The translations under genes were made by a program, and so were the position numbers. A DNA stretch of 64,000 bases from Ruditapes philippinarum. Taxonomy: Eukaryota. Position 1 is the first letter of the stretch, and every line of letters starts with the position of its first letter. The stretch spans positions 1 through 64,000 of the forward strand of contig NW_026861817.1 of assembly GCF_026571515.1 (NCBI RefSeq), given 5' to 3'. Positions 40,109 to 52,175 of the stretch are shown piece after piece. The notes beneath the pieces are model-generated. The model was given only the letters and a program-made list of their open reading frames with translations. It had not been told where the DNA came from and made no database searches.

Positions 40109-40281
40109 GTATGGTCATGACTATACAAAGAGCAGACCTTGGTCAGTATGGGGAGGGTTATAAAGTCGCCCCACTGTCAACATACAAAGTACGAAACTTG
40201 ATGAGCTGTTTCAAGATGCCAGGATTCTCTGATGCCCCAGTAGACATACAGGTCACACTCCCAGATCTTACTGGATTTCAG
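40109..40281 (+). CDS. Exon 3 of the 26/29-kDa-proteinase-like gene
   Basis: ag|GT...cag|gtaat, phase 1/0; GMVMTIQ..GQYG..YKVAP..N..SCF..G..Q..LPDLTGF continues the family pattern. Confidence 0.8.
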
Positions 40282-40948
40282 GTAATTTTGTTAGCATGTA
40301 TCTTTAAAAGTTTGGAAATGGCCAGATTCCTCAGGAGAGCAATGAAAGAGATTATACATGTAGACTAGGCAGCTTGTATAAGTTTAATTGATTCAAGCAG
40401 CATTTAATCATAAGCATTATCAGCAAGCCATGTTTTAAAGAATTTAACATTCATGGAATAACCCAATAATAAAATGACAAGAATTCAGGGCTATCTCAGG
40501 TGTGAGGGTATTTAATTTATTTTTTCCAAAAGAAAATATGTTAAGTTATAAAATTTGTATTATAAACAGGTTTGGTTAATTTACAGAAAATATACGACCA
40601 GTTGAAAAATATTTTCTTACAGTGTTACAATATTTTCTTGTACAGTCAACTATCGTTATATTGACACCCCTTTTCTCGATAGTTGAGATAACGAGTGTAG
40701 ACTGTATGTACTTTCATGCTCGAATGGCTAAAGGTTGCCTGCTTCAAATCATTTTAACCCTAAGGTAAAATTGCCTCTGTAGGTTGGAGTCTTGGCAGAA
40801 ACGTTGAATTATTTCTTGCGGAGGAACATATCTAATTGACAGAATTAAGGTCACATGTTTAAGCCATGTACAAAGGCACATCCATTTTGTACCTGTGCTA
40901 ATTAAAAATTGACAATCACAATATAGTATTGAGATTGTCAGTTTCACC

Positions 40949-41083
40949 TAGCCTGGGTTCCAGTCTGTCAATTTTTTATGTGTTTCTGCTTTCCAAATTG
41001 ACACTATCAAAAGCACGAACGAGTACGAAATAGCGCGTATGTTATGAATAAGCAAAAACTATCAACGCTGGAATCCCAGGCTA
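40949..41083. mobile_element. 135-bp MITE with TAG...CTA ends and 9-bp TSD (AcademH-like)
   Basis: TIR tagcctgggttccag / ctggaatcccaggcta; TSD AGTTTCACC at 40940-40948 and 41084-41092. Confidence 0.8.
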
Positions 41084-41936
41084 AGTTTCACCAGAAACCC
41101 AACTAAAAAAATGTTTTTTGCCTGATATAATTATACAGAATTAGTATTAATATTGAGTGCAAAAACAAGTTAGAATTTATTATTTCACCAATAAATTTAT
41201 AGATACATGTACTATCCGTTTTAATTGTTTAAAGTGATTTTACGTGTTACAAAAATATAATAGCATTACCTCATTTCTCTCAAATGATTAAGAAGTCTTA
41301 AGTTCGAATACAAGACGGAGTGCATAACATTACATTCGAAAACATGCCGTTAAAATTGATCATATAACGACAGATATATGTATACCTACACATTCTCCAA
41401 ATAGATATTAGTTACTGAAATTGCAAAAGTCTACCGTTTTCTTCCAAATTATTAATTAAAATAAGAGGAAAATGGGGAGGTATAACACATGAACACCGGA
41501 GCTGTTTTAGGTTATTTATTTTCTACCGGTGTTGTTTGTATTAATTAGTTTGAATTGCTGATTCTTAGCTACATGTAATAAGTGAAAAACTGTGATTATC
41601 CCTTTTAAATCATACAACAAAATGGAAAATTCTTAAGGCTATAAAAAATTATTTTTGTGTTTACAAACACATCCAAAGTGAAAAATTCTTACAACTACTA
41701 TGTGTTTACAAACATATCCTAAGCAGAAAATTCTTTCAACTATAACAAGTTTTTTTTTGTGTTTTCAGCGTTTTCATTTTCAAATTTGTTTGATAAAGCA
41801 AATATACATTATACAAGGAACAAACATAACTCACATTGTTTTCAATGTCAGAACAAAGATATTTATTACGACGTCTGGGGTAAAACAATGTTATCGTTAA
41901 AATGAAAGATAAAATTTGTTTTAATTGTGTTTCTAG

Positions 41937-42098
41937 ATTATGTTAAGACAAATATCAAGTCGGGCGAGCTCCAGGTTGACTGTAGTGTCCCAAGTGACGG
42001 TGAATATGCCTTGGTAATCAAAGCCAAAGACAGCAAGGAACCAGAATTTAAGCCAATCTGCAACTATCTCCTAACAACATTAGAAAACGAGGAAAAAA
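41937..42098 (+). CDS. Internal exon resembling the Ig-like repeats of hillarin/KY-type proteins
   Basis: ttctag|...|gtaagt, phase 1/1; open frame containing VPSDGEYALVIKAK...PICNYLL. Confidence 0.55.
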
Positions 42099-42257
42099 GT
42101 AAGTTAATGATCAAATCATGTTCATATATACACATATTGCTTTGAAAGACAGATTAATCTGAGTATTTTAATTGTTAATGATTTTGACAGTTGTTGATAA
42201 AGTGTTGAATCATTTTGATAACTAAGCAAAAAGCAACTAAACAAAAATATAAATAAC

Positions 42258-42495
42258 NNNNNNNNNNNNNNNNNNNNNNNNNNNNNNNNNNNNNNNNNNN
42301 NNNNNNNNNNNNNNNNNNNNNNNNNNNNNNNNNNNNNNNNNNNNNNNNNNNNNNNNNNNNNNNNNNNNNNNNNNNNNNNNNNNNNNNNNNNNNNNNNNNN
42401 NNNNNNNNNNNNNNNNNNNNNNNNNNNNNNNNNNNNNNNNNNNNNNNNNNNNNNNNNNNNNNNNNNNNNNNNNNNNNNNNNNNNNNNNNNNNNNN
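42258..42495. other. Assembly gap (238 N)
   Basis: Run of N. Confidence 1.
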
Positions 42496-42599
42496 ACGCA
42501 CAAATGATACCTGTTACAAACGAACTGATTTTCTCACCCTAGAATATACATAATTTGCTTTGATATGTATTACATGCTTTTATAATATACTTGTTACAG

Positions 42600-42730
42600 T
42601 GTCCGTTGAATACTACGATTCTTCCGACGGTACATCAGATATTGATGAGGAAATCGACCAACTAGAGACAACTTTACAAGCATTAACCGCTGAGAGGGAT
42701 AGACTTAAACAAGAAGCGTCGAGGCAATAA
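42600..42730 (+). CDS. Terminal coding exon (acidic stretch plus short coiled coil)
   Basis: ttacag| phase 1, compatible with the 42098 donor; SVEYYDSSDGTSDIDEEIDQLETTLQALTAERDRLKQEASRQ*. Confidence 0.55.
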
Positions 42731-45357
42731 ATTTGCACGGGAATCGCCGTTACTTATAAATGCAAGAACATTTTAATTGTTAAACATGCAGAAGGTGTTT
42801 ACCTTTTTGTTCTATTTCAAAATAATGTGTTTACACATGTAATTGTATAGAACTAAAAGTTAGAATAATCTGGTTATAATTATCGTAATATATGCTGTAA
42901 AGATAACTAACAGACGTTAAAGGAGCTTCACTGAGGTACGAGAGACTTAGAAGATAACATTATTTCCATACATAGATCAGCTAGGGCAAATATCCAAACG
43001 ATATTGTAGATATCTTTTCAGAAATTGAAACTAATATTTTGTGCTGTTTTAGTCTATTTCCTGGGACATTTTCAAAGACTCATTTTTTCACAAAAAGAAT
43101 AAGGATTGTAGCAAAACTGAGTGAGCAAATGAACTTTGGTACATAAGTTATTAGTCTAGCCCTACATCAAATGGAACATTTTTCTATCTCAAAAATCATA
43201 TCCAGTCCAGTAAAATAATCATGTGACGAGTCTTAGATATATAGCGTTTTAGGAACAATTGTAAGTTAAATTTATATCAGTTTAGATTTGTTATAGGCCT
43301 ACACACATGATATAATATTACCAGAAAATGTCTAAAAACGGCAAACCGTTGTAATAAGTGTCACTTCTTTTAATTTTTTTTTTAATGTTTCAACAATATC
43401 ATAAAAATGATGATCACAGGGTCTATGATGACATGATCTGAAAAATGTACATGCATATTAGACATTGAAGTACCAGTATTGAAGTATATTAATCAAAGTT
43501 TAGAAGTTTTTTTTTTCTTTTTCTTTTCGTTCTGAAGAAAAAAACCTACTTCACAAACATACAAACAAGTCTATGAATTAGATTCTGCAACACTGATATT
43601 ACTTTGCTGAGGAAGAAGAAACCTGGAGAAATGAAAGAGATGTTACATGCGTTCGTAAAATATCGTTTAAAGAAGAAAATAATGTATTTTACATTAATTG
43701 GTATGTTATTCTTCAAACTAACAATTATCATAGGTGCTTTATATCCATTTGTACGAACGTAAATCCAAAGTAGAGAAAAACAGAACCACAAAGTCCAGAA
43801 ACGGCAAAAAAGATAAAAAAGGAAATAATACATGCTCGATTTAATTCAGCCTGTTCATCGACGGTACTGAAAAACGAATGTTATCGTTCACGCATCGATA
43901 TAAGCATAATTCATCATTTAAACATAACAATGGTAAAATGTTTGATTTACCGACATCCTACGATGTATTTATATTGCGGTGACCATGGAACTTTCAATAC
44001 AATTCCATGAAAAGCAGTGTATGTTCCTCGAGTTAAAGATGCCTGTGCCCTTTATCACACATGATACGTCAGATTTAAAAAGTAAGCAACATACCTTTAG
44101 GTTGATTCAATTGTATCAGAGTAGGAATATTGGAACAACTAAGCTTTCAAAAATTGTTTTTTTTTCTAAAGTACCATAACTTGATGGAAATCATATGTGG
44201 TCAAGTGGTGAGGCGCTGATCACGAATGTTGTGATTGAAATGATTTATAGAAACTCCTAAAATTCGAAAAAATAGATAGAAAAATGCCGATCATTTTAAA
44301 CTTTTTTCATATGTGTGTTATCAAAATATCTGCGACTTATAAGTGTTTGTATACTAGAATGATTGTCAATGATTTCCTATGATTCTCACGGCGCTCTCGA
44401 TAAAATGAAATGTGTTTTACAACTATATAATCATAGAAATGTATATATCATGACAGTAACGTGTCAATGTAACATGTCGAGACAATACCACAACTATTGG
44501 AAGTACGTTTTTTTTGTAATGGATTTTCTTCAAAATATCAGGCAGAGCCTGGTTACGAGTAGCAGAAAATATGTCAATGCTGGCACTGCTTATATAACAA
44601 ATTTCTACTTTCCAAAATTCCACAAACTATTCTCTTTTATATTAATAGTAATATAGCACTATGCTTTTTTATTCTCAACGTTCAATTGGTATCAAACATC
44701 TCGAAACGTGGTTATTTTTCGAAATAAATATTTTTAAAATCTCTGAATTGTTGTCATGCTGTATTTTCAACGTGATTAATTACATTGAAAAAAAACACAA
44801 GTTTTTTATCGTAAATTAACGTTTTTTGGCTCTTAATAGAGAATGATTTAATCCACGAATGTACGCCACCAATTGGTAATCTTCTATCCATGTTATATAT
44901 CTAAATACAGATTAAAGCTCGATTAAACTTAAGCTAAAAGATTATTCGTTAATCTTTAACCTGCTTTGACACGAAGGTGATTTACCTTTGTCAGCAGTTT
45001 ATACCCAGACCAGCAAGCATGCACATCCGTGAAGTTTGACCAGAATCTGCGGTAGTTTTTGTATTTCTATTTTGAATTCTCTAATTGTTCACAATTTAAA
45101 GATGGGAAAATCCAGGACATACATTATCAAATCAAGAGTTAATATCGTTGCTATTGCATCATATGATTGACATCATATGATAGATAACGCATGAGATATC
45201 AGATAATTAATATTGAAACGTTTATTTTATTTAATCATTTTTAAATCGGAGATGGTTTAATATGTTTGAGAATTAGTTTGGGGCAATTATAAAGTCCCGC
45301 TTATTGACTTAACCCGATGCGATTTCCAAAGGTTTGACAACAGCATCGTTTAACAAA

Positions 45358-47082
45358 ATGGCTGATAGTGGAAGTAAAATAAGAGAGAATGATGAAGTTC
45401 CTGGTCGTGTAAAAGAAACATTTTGTCAACCATGTTTAAGTAAGGATTTGCAAACTGTAGCTGACAAGTTTTGTTCAACTTGTGATGAATTCCAATGTAA
45501 TGATTGTTCAAATGTACACAACGCGCTCGGCATCTTGAAAAAACATAAATTGGTAAGTGTGAACGAAGCTTATGCTGCAAGTATTTCGTTTCAAATGAAG
45601 GCCTTATATCTTTGTGATCAACATCAACATTCTTTTGAATTCTTCTGTGAAGATGAAAAGAAGCTTTGCTGCAGTAAGTGTGCAATTGTTAATCATCGAA
45701 AATGTCACAGCGTTGTAGAAATTGAGAAGATCGCTGGGAATATAACCTCACCAATTTCTACCTTAGGGGAGAAATTAAAGGAAGCTAAAGAAGCTGCTGA
45801 GAGTGTTGCCAGACATATTCGTTCTTCAAAAGATCAACTTGCTCAAGATATAAAAGATATACATGTAAAGATTAGACAAATGCGAGACGAAGTAATGAAC
45901 ATGTTTGTCGATCTAGAAGATTCCATTAACAAAAGAGCCGAAATTCTGCAGAAAGAAACATTACGAAATGTGACAAAGAGGCAAACACAAAACGAGAAAC
46001 ATTTGGCTGGTGTAACAAAGTGCTTAGAGACGATTGAAAATATTTTCAAAAATGGAACTCCTGTGCAGATATATATAGCACAACATAAAATGGAAAGTAA
46101 AGTCAATGCTCTCTGCAGAAACATCAAGGACGAATATAAGAAATTAGAAAAGATGAAAATGTCTTTTCAATTTGACCAAACATTAAAACTGCCACCATTA
46201 CCAATTACTGAATATGTTCCAGGACAATTACTAGTAAAGTCTAATCGCCAGGAAGACGTTCATTCTGTTAACATGACGATGACTTTGACACCAGTCTCTG
46301 CCATTGGTTTAAAGAAGACTGAAGATGATATCGATGAGCCGTTATATTCAGGTATAGACTTTTTAACTGATGGTAGACTAGTGGCTGTGGATAACAGAAA
46401 CAAGAAATGTTTGGTGTACAATGAGAGGATTGAGAAAGTAGGATCATATCAGCTGTCTCGCCACCCATTATCTGTTGTTGTCATATCTGAGGAGGAATTA
46501 GCGATAACAAGTGGTTATCAAATAGAAATTCTACATGTTAGTAAATGTAACAAAATAAGTTCACGTAGGATATGCAAAGTGAAAACGCAATATTACTCTA
46601 TATGTTTGAAAGACGATAGACAGTTTGTCGTAGGCACTTATAATGAACCAAAACCTGTTCGTATTGTATCATTGACAGGGAAGGAGCATGATTTTAGTGT
46701 AAACTTTCCAAACAAATCATATCCTTTAGATGGTAGCGCTTGTACTTACATAAAGAGCAGTGACAACGTGGTGATTACAGATAGAAACGAGCATATTGTC
46801 TACATATATGATATTAAGACAGATGCAAGAGTGTTAGTGAAGGATGATCAGATACAGGAACCACGTGGTGCAGCAATTGGTCCGTGGGATACGATCCTGG
46901 TGTGTTGTCGTAATACAAACTCTATTGTACAGATATCTCAAACAGGTTCGATATTATCATCGTACAGGATAGATATGATGCATCCGTGTAAAATATGTGT
47001 CTCACGTGATAAATCATTACTTGTTGTTACAAATAGCTATCCTGGAAATAATACAATGCAAAAATTCAAAATATCAACATAA
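45358..47082 (+). CDS. RING-less TRIM-like protein, copy 4, 574 aa
   Basis: Intact ORF. The ATG at 45358 (MADSGSK) aligns with the paralogues; the TTG start in the ORF track was not used. Confidence 0.9.
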   Translation: MADSGSKIRENDEVPGRVKETFCQPCLSKDLQTVADKFCSTCDEFQCNDCSNVHNALGILKKHKLVSVNEAYAASISFQMKALYLCDQHQHSFEFFCEDEKKLCCSKCAIVNHRKCHSVVEIEKIAGNITSPISTLGEKLKEAKEAAESVARHIRSSKDQLAQDIKDIHVKIRQMRDEVMNMFVDLEDSINKRAEILQKETLRNVTKRQTQNEKHLAGVTKCLETIENIFKNGTPVQIYIAQHKMESKVNALCRNIKDEYKKLEKMKMSFQFDQTLKLPPLPITEYVPGQLLVKSNRQEDVHSVNMTMTLTPVSAIGLKKTEDDIDEPLYSGIDFLTDGRLVAVDNRNKKCLVYNERIEKVGSYQLSRHPLSVVVISEEELAITSGYQIEILHVSKCNKISSRRICKVKTQYYSICLKDDRQFVVGTYNEPKPVRIVSLTGKEHDFSVNFPNKSYPLDGSACTYIKSSDNVVITDRNEHIVYIYDIKTDARVLVKDDQIQEPRGAAIGPWDTILVCCRNTNSIVQISQTGSILSSYRIDMMHPCKICVSRDKSLLVVTNSYPGNNTMQKFKIST

Positions 47083-49043
47083 CAGCACAATCATTTGTTT
47101 CACATAGAATATTTACACAAACATTCAAAGTTATTAAAGATTGAAACAATAATTTTTATGTAAATATAATGGCTGAATCATGGAATTATACTTATGTTCT
47201 AACACACGTAAAGCTGTTCATAACAAATAAAAGAGACATTCAAATAAAACAATGTGCTGAGAAAAAGTGTGCTAATCCAAATGTAGTCAATGTATGCTAT
47301 GACAGACATATTTAATACCGCTAACATCAGGAGTAAAAATATTCTATTTCATTAATTTCAATGATATATATTGATATATTTATTTCATTTTAAGCATACA
47401 TGCATTTAATTTGAAATTAATCAATTAATCGACACATTGAACTTTTCATGTAGAGACTCCGTTTTCATTTGTTCATCACATACTGTTGATTGTACAATAC
47501 ATTTATAGTCATTTGTTTGTAAATATCAATTTGTCGATGTCCTCAATGTTTTGTTCAAATATGAATGATTAGTCACCACGTTATTTAAATACCATTGATT
47601 CCTATATCCTGCCTCAGCTGAAAGTGAATAGGCTTTGCCGCCAGTATACAGCCACGCCAGCATGTACATTCGAGATGTCTGACCAGCCTATTTTCTCTTA
47701 GCTCCAGACGTGGGGTGGTTGTCAATTTTTCATTGAATTATTGAAACATTTTACACATCAAATGAACTGTACAAAACTCGAACAGGGCAAGTCCATTTCA
47801 CAAAAAAAAAACAAAACAAAAAAAAACAGGTCAAGCGTTAATAACAACAAAGTTGATAATTAAGTTGCCTCTTAAGATATAAGATATATTATAACATAAT
47901 ATATAAATTATGTATAGAATTATTGTTAATCATTATATGAAAGTTATGTTAGAAAATGTATATATTTTACTGTATTTTATTATATACCTAATATCATGCT
48001 CATAAGGATGAATAAATAATACTCTCTGAAATTATAGTACTTGTATTTTATATCTTGATTGCATTGCTTTGTCTAAATATCATACATATTTCACCCTTCT
48101 TGAAGTTTAAAATTCTAAATAAAATAGGGCTTATATAATTACCCGTAAAGTGACATTATGTTCTGTTTATCTGTAACGTTCAATTTGGGAGGTCTTTTCC
48201 AAGGGATCACTCTGTTTCCAGATTTTTATACTTAAGGCATATATATTTTATCCTAAACATTTTCTAATATCAGTTTATGGTCAATCACCATTATAACAGT
48301 AAATCTTTTGAAATTATAGTCAATTAAACTTTACTTGAAAATTTAAAATGGTGAGAAAAATGTACTTACGTTACAAGGATCTGAACACTGCCATTGTTTT
48401 GCTTCTTAGAGAAATGAAAGAATATCGTTATCCATTAAAAATTTATCGGTATGTTATACTACAATTTATTAATTATATAGAGGATATTTGTTTGTGTTTA
48501 CGATGAAATTTTATTTAATTGAGTTAGCTTTAAAGACAGCATTCTCACGAATGGCGTAGCCAATTTCTTTAAAATCATGCAGTTTTTCCAAAAACATAAA
48601 TCTGCTTTTTTACTTCCCAAATTAACAATTTTAGCGATAAACTTTCCTTAAATTCAGTGACTAAGGCCTCTTCCCAATGAAGTGAGAAAAATGACTGGAC
48701 GCACGGTCCAACTTTATGAAACATAGACATATAGCATGACTGTTGTAAAAACCTTAAGTAAATGTTCATTCTAAGAGAGTTAGGTGTGTTTTAAGTAGTG
48801 TGATATCTTTTAAACATTAATAACAGTAGAAGGCAGTCACTTTCATAATAGTAGGCGACTGCCTTTGATAGCGGAAAAAAACATAGATGTACATTATTCT
48901 GCAATACAATTTTAACTACAAGTTCACTACGGAGGTACCATACAGCTGTCCATTATCAGTTATTGCTGATGGTTTGGCAAATTGTTATTACCTTCTTGCA
49001 TACTTGATTAAAATGAATACATATTTATCACTTACATATCTGA

Positions 49044-49620
49044 CAGAAATTCAAAATATCATGTTAGTAACACAATCTTCTATTCACATAGAATATTTAC
49101 ACACTCATGCAAAGTTATTTAAGAATGAAACAACAATTTATCGATTACATATGATGAATAGATCATTGGATTTTACTCATGGTCTAGCACTTAGGTAGCT
49201 TAGCTATTCATAACAAAAACGACATTCAAATAAAATAATATTCTGGGGAAAAAGTGGCCAAAGTATGTGTTATGCCTGACCAGAAAGTGATTTGCCTTTG
49301 GCACCAGTATACAACCAAGCCAGCGTGTACATTTGAGCTGTCTGACGACCTTTTTTCCATTCCAATATTGAAATTCTGTTCTCTTCAAATGGACTGTACC
49401 AAACTTAAAAAAATGCGAATCCTTTACAAAAATAAAGCAGGTCCAGGATTAATAACAAGAAAGTTGATAAGATAAAGTTTACATCAGTTTTTTAGCTTCA
49501 GGCTTCATTTTTATTATAAGATATATATTTACTGTGCCTTATTATATAATTATCTTATATCATGCTCTTTGGGTTTAAATAAAAATAACTAACCGTAGTT
49601 GTAGTATTTGTGTTTTATAT
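49044..49620 (+). pseudogene. Remnant of a TRIM-like copy: last codons (QKFKIS) plus 3' flank
   Basis: cagaaattcaaaatatca followed by the conserved 3' flank, the MITE and the AATAAA block. Confidence 0.7.
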
Positions 49621-51214
49621 TTGAATTTCACGCAGATTTAAAAAAGAAATGTTAAATATGTTTAAGGTCAAATCAATCAGCTAATCAATGATTTTTCAAT
49701 TCAGATTGTTTTTTAAACGCTCAAAACTTTCAAAATATTTCTTAATAGCGTAATTAATTACCTCTTGAATTTACGTTCTCATCTTCACAAATATACGTTA
49801 ACAACAACACGATATTACGATTTCAACTTCATGAAATTAACTGCACGATTTTACGTTTTGAGTGTCACAATATCAACTTGACAAATTCATGATTTCAACA
49901 TTACGAATTCTCGAGAAAAGAAAATAATGATATTGAATTCGTGATTTTGAGATCGTAAATTTATGAAAGTAAAATTTCACCACTGTTCAAGAGGGTCTAA
50001 ATTAAAAACCATTCCATTTTATACGCAAGTAAAATTTCAAACATCTTTCATTCATCACAAACAAATGTGCTTCATATTAATTAAATAATTTAATCTATTA
50101 TTCAAAAGGACAATGTAGGAGATGAGAGAATATTGTATTGGAACTATTTTATGGATATTTTACTTTACTTTTCTGACACGCTTTAAATTAAAGTTGCTAT
50201 GCAAATATGACTTATATAAAATGGGAGGCATTTCATAGAACATAAATGACAGACATTTATTGACATACAAGAAGCAGTCATTTTATGGTATATAAATGGG
50301 TGAAATTATTATTAAATTGATATATGTCCGAGCTTTTAAACCGATAGTTTTACATTGTCGCAATATGAACCCAATAAAGGTATGTTTTAGGTTATCAAAG
50401 TTCTGCACTTTAATTTATTCAATTAATTATTTTCTCAGGATACTCAACATTTCTATTTAACCCTAAATACAGGTATAAAGTTAACTGTTTCTTATCTTAT
50501 ACCAGATATTTTCGGCTCTCACCTCTGTACTGCTAAGGAAAAGTAACCGTTGCTGATACAATATACTTCTCGTAGCGGTAACTTCCCCTGATCAGTATAG
50601 AAACGTGGCATTGAAATATAACACGGCTGTTGTAAAATCCTTAAGTTAATGCTCATTTACTAGTGTGATATCTCTTTAACATTAATAACAGTAGAAGACA
50701 GTCAGTAATAATAACAGGCGACTCCCTTTGAAGCGGAAAACATAAATATACATTATTCTGCAATGTTATATACATGTAATAGTTCACTACAAGAGGTGCC
50801 ATATAGTTCTCCATTATTAATTATTGATGATGGATTGGCAAATTGTTATTAGCTCCTGGTACACTTCAATAAATAAATAAATATTTATCACTAAAATATC
50901 TGATCAAATCCGTTTTAATTAAGAATGATCAATTTCAACGAGATCAAAATAAAGTATTACACCAGCACATTAGTGCAGCCGAATTAAGCTTCGTGCTATC
51001 GGTAATTTATTTTTTATTTTTGATATATTGTCAATACCGGAAACATGAAAAGAATTGTTCCAAATATAAAGCTGTATAAATCTATTCGACACATTTACCT
51101 GACAATGTACTAATATCATCGATATGATATTTATCATTGAGGTAGCATATCTTCCTTAAACACAACTTACTGTTACTAAACGTTATTTTATGTATTTTAC
51201 AAATTGAGATACTG

Positions 51215-51590
51215 TCATATGTGACAGGGCGAGACAAATGTGCAGCCTTGTCGGAACTCGAGCCCAAGACCCACGGTGTACTGTTCAACGGCTCTATCGT
51301 CTGATCTATCCGGCCGTTTACACCTCTTCTTCCCTAAATATTGCACAGTTTTGAACCGTGACATACTCTCTCGTTATATTGAAATTTGTCCCCGAATTTT
51401 TCACAGTTACAGGGAAATGCTAATTAAACTATGAGCTATATGCATTCACGGTCCCCCGTTTGGCGTCAAATGTAAGAGGGTGCAAATGATGAGCAACCTA
51501 ACCGAGACTTAAACCCGGTACCCTCGGAATACCGTTCCAGGGTCTGCCGACTGAGATATCAAAGTGAACAGTTATAAACCGTGATCGATC
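51215..51590. mobile_element. Repeat with two degenerate tRNA-like segments
   Basis: ggaactcgagccc and gagacttaaaccc are reverse B-box-like motifs; GC content is higher than the flanks. Confidence 0.35.
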
Positions 51591-51926
51591 TAACTCGTAA
51601 TCACTCAAAGGGAAAATCACATATCTTACAGCTTTCAATTGCTTTCTGAATTTGAAAACATCAATATTGACATATAGGAGTGTCGATATTTCTTATATTT
51701 ATCCCCTTGAGAAAAATAGCTCAGTCCTAGTGTTCTTGTCCATACATCGACTAATATAGGACATGATTTTAGAAACGTTTTCTGACACTACAAGACATGG
51801 AATAAAGATATTTTGGCTTTCCCTAATATGTTTCTGGGCAAACGTTTATAATTCATGTATCTATAAGATAAATTTGAATGTATTATTTCTTTTTCAGCAT
51901 AAAGCTAAGTTATTTGGCACGCATCC

Positions 51927-52175
51927 AATGTTAGATCTAGATACTATGACCGTAATAGTTGTGGTAGTGTTAGTGGTGATAATGTTACATGTAGAGACTA
52001 TGACAATGATAGATGTGGTAGTGTTAGTTGGGGTTATCTTAGCTGTAGATATTGTGACATTGATAGAAGTGATAGTGTTAGTGGGGGTAATCTTAGCTGT
52101 AGATATAGTGACAGTGATAGTTGTAGCAGTGTTACTTCTAGAAATGTTAGCTGTAGATATTCTCACAATAACAGT
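51927..52175. repeat. 54-bp minisatellite (about 4.6 units)
   Basis: Units start at 51930, 51984, 52038, 52092 and 52146 (ttagctgtagatat..tgac). Confidence 0.85.

Noticed and set aside
40744-40947. Possible minus-strand exon (acceptor-like cacag|gtac)
   Set aside because: No recognisable domain or partner exons.
42175-42503. Poly-X ORFs
   Set aside because: Produced by the N gap.
45334-45357. TTG-initiated N-terminal extension of copy 4
   Set aside because: Artefact of bacterial start codons in the ORF track; the paralogues start at the MAD ATG.
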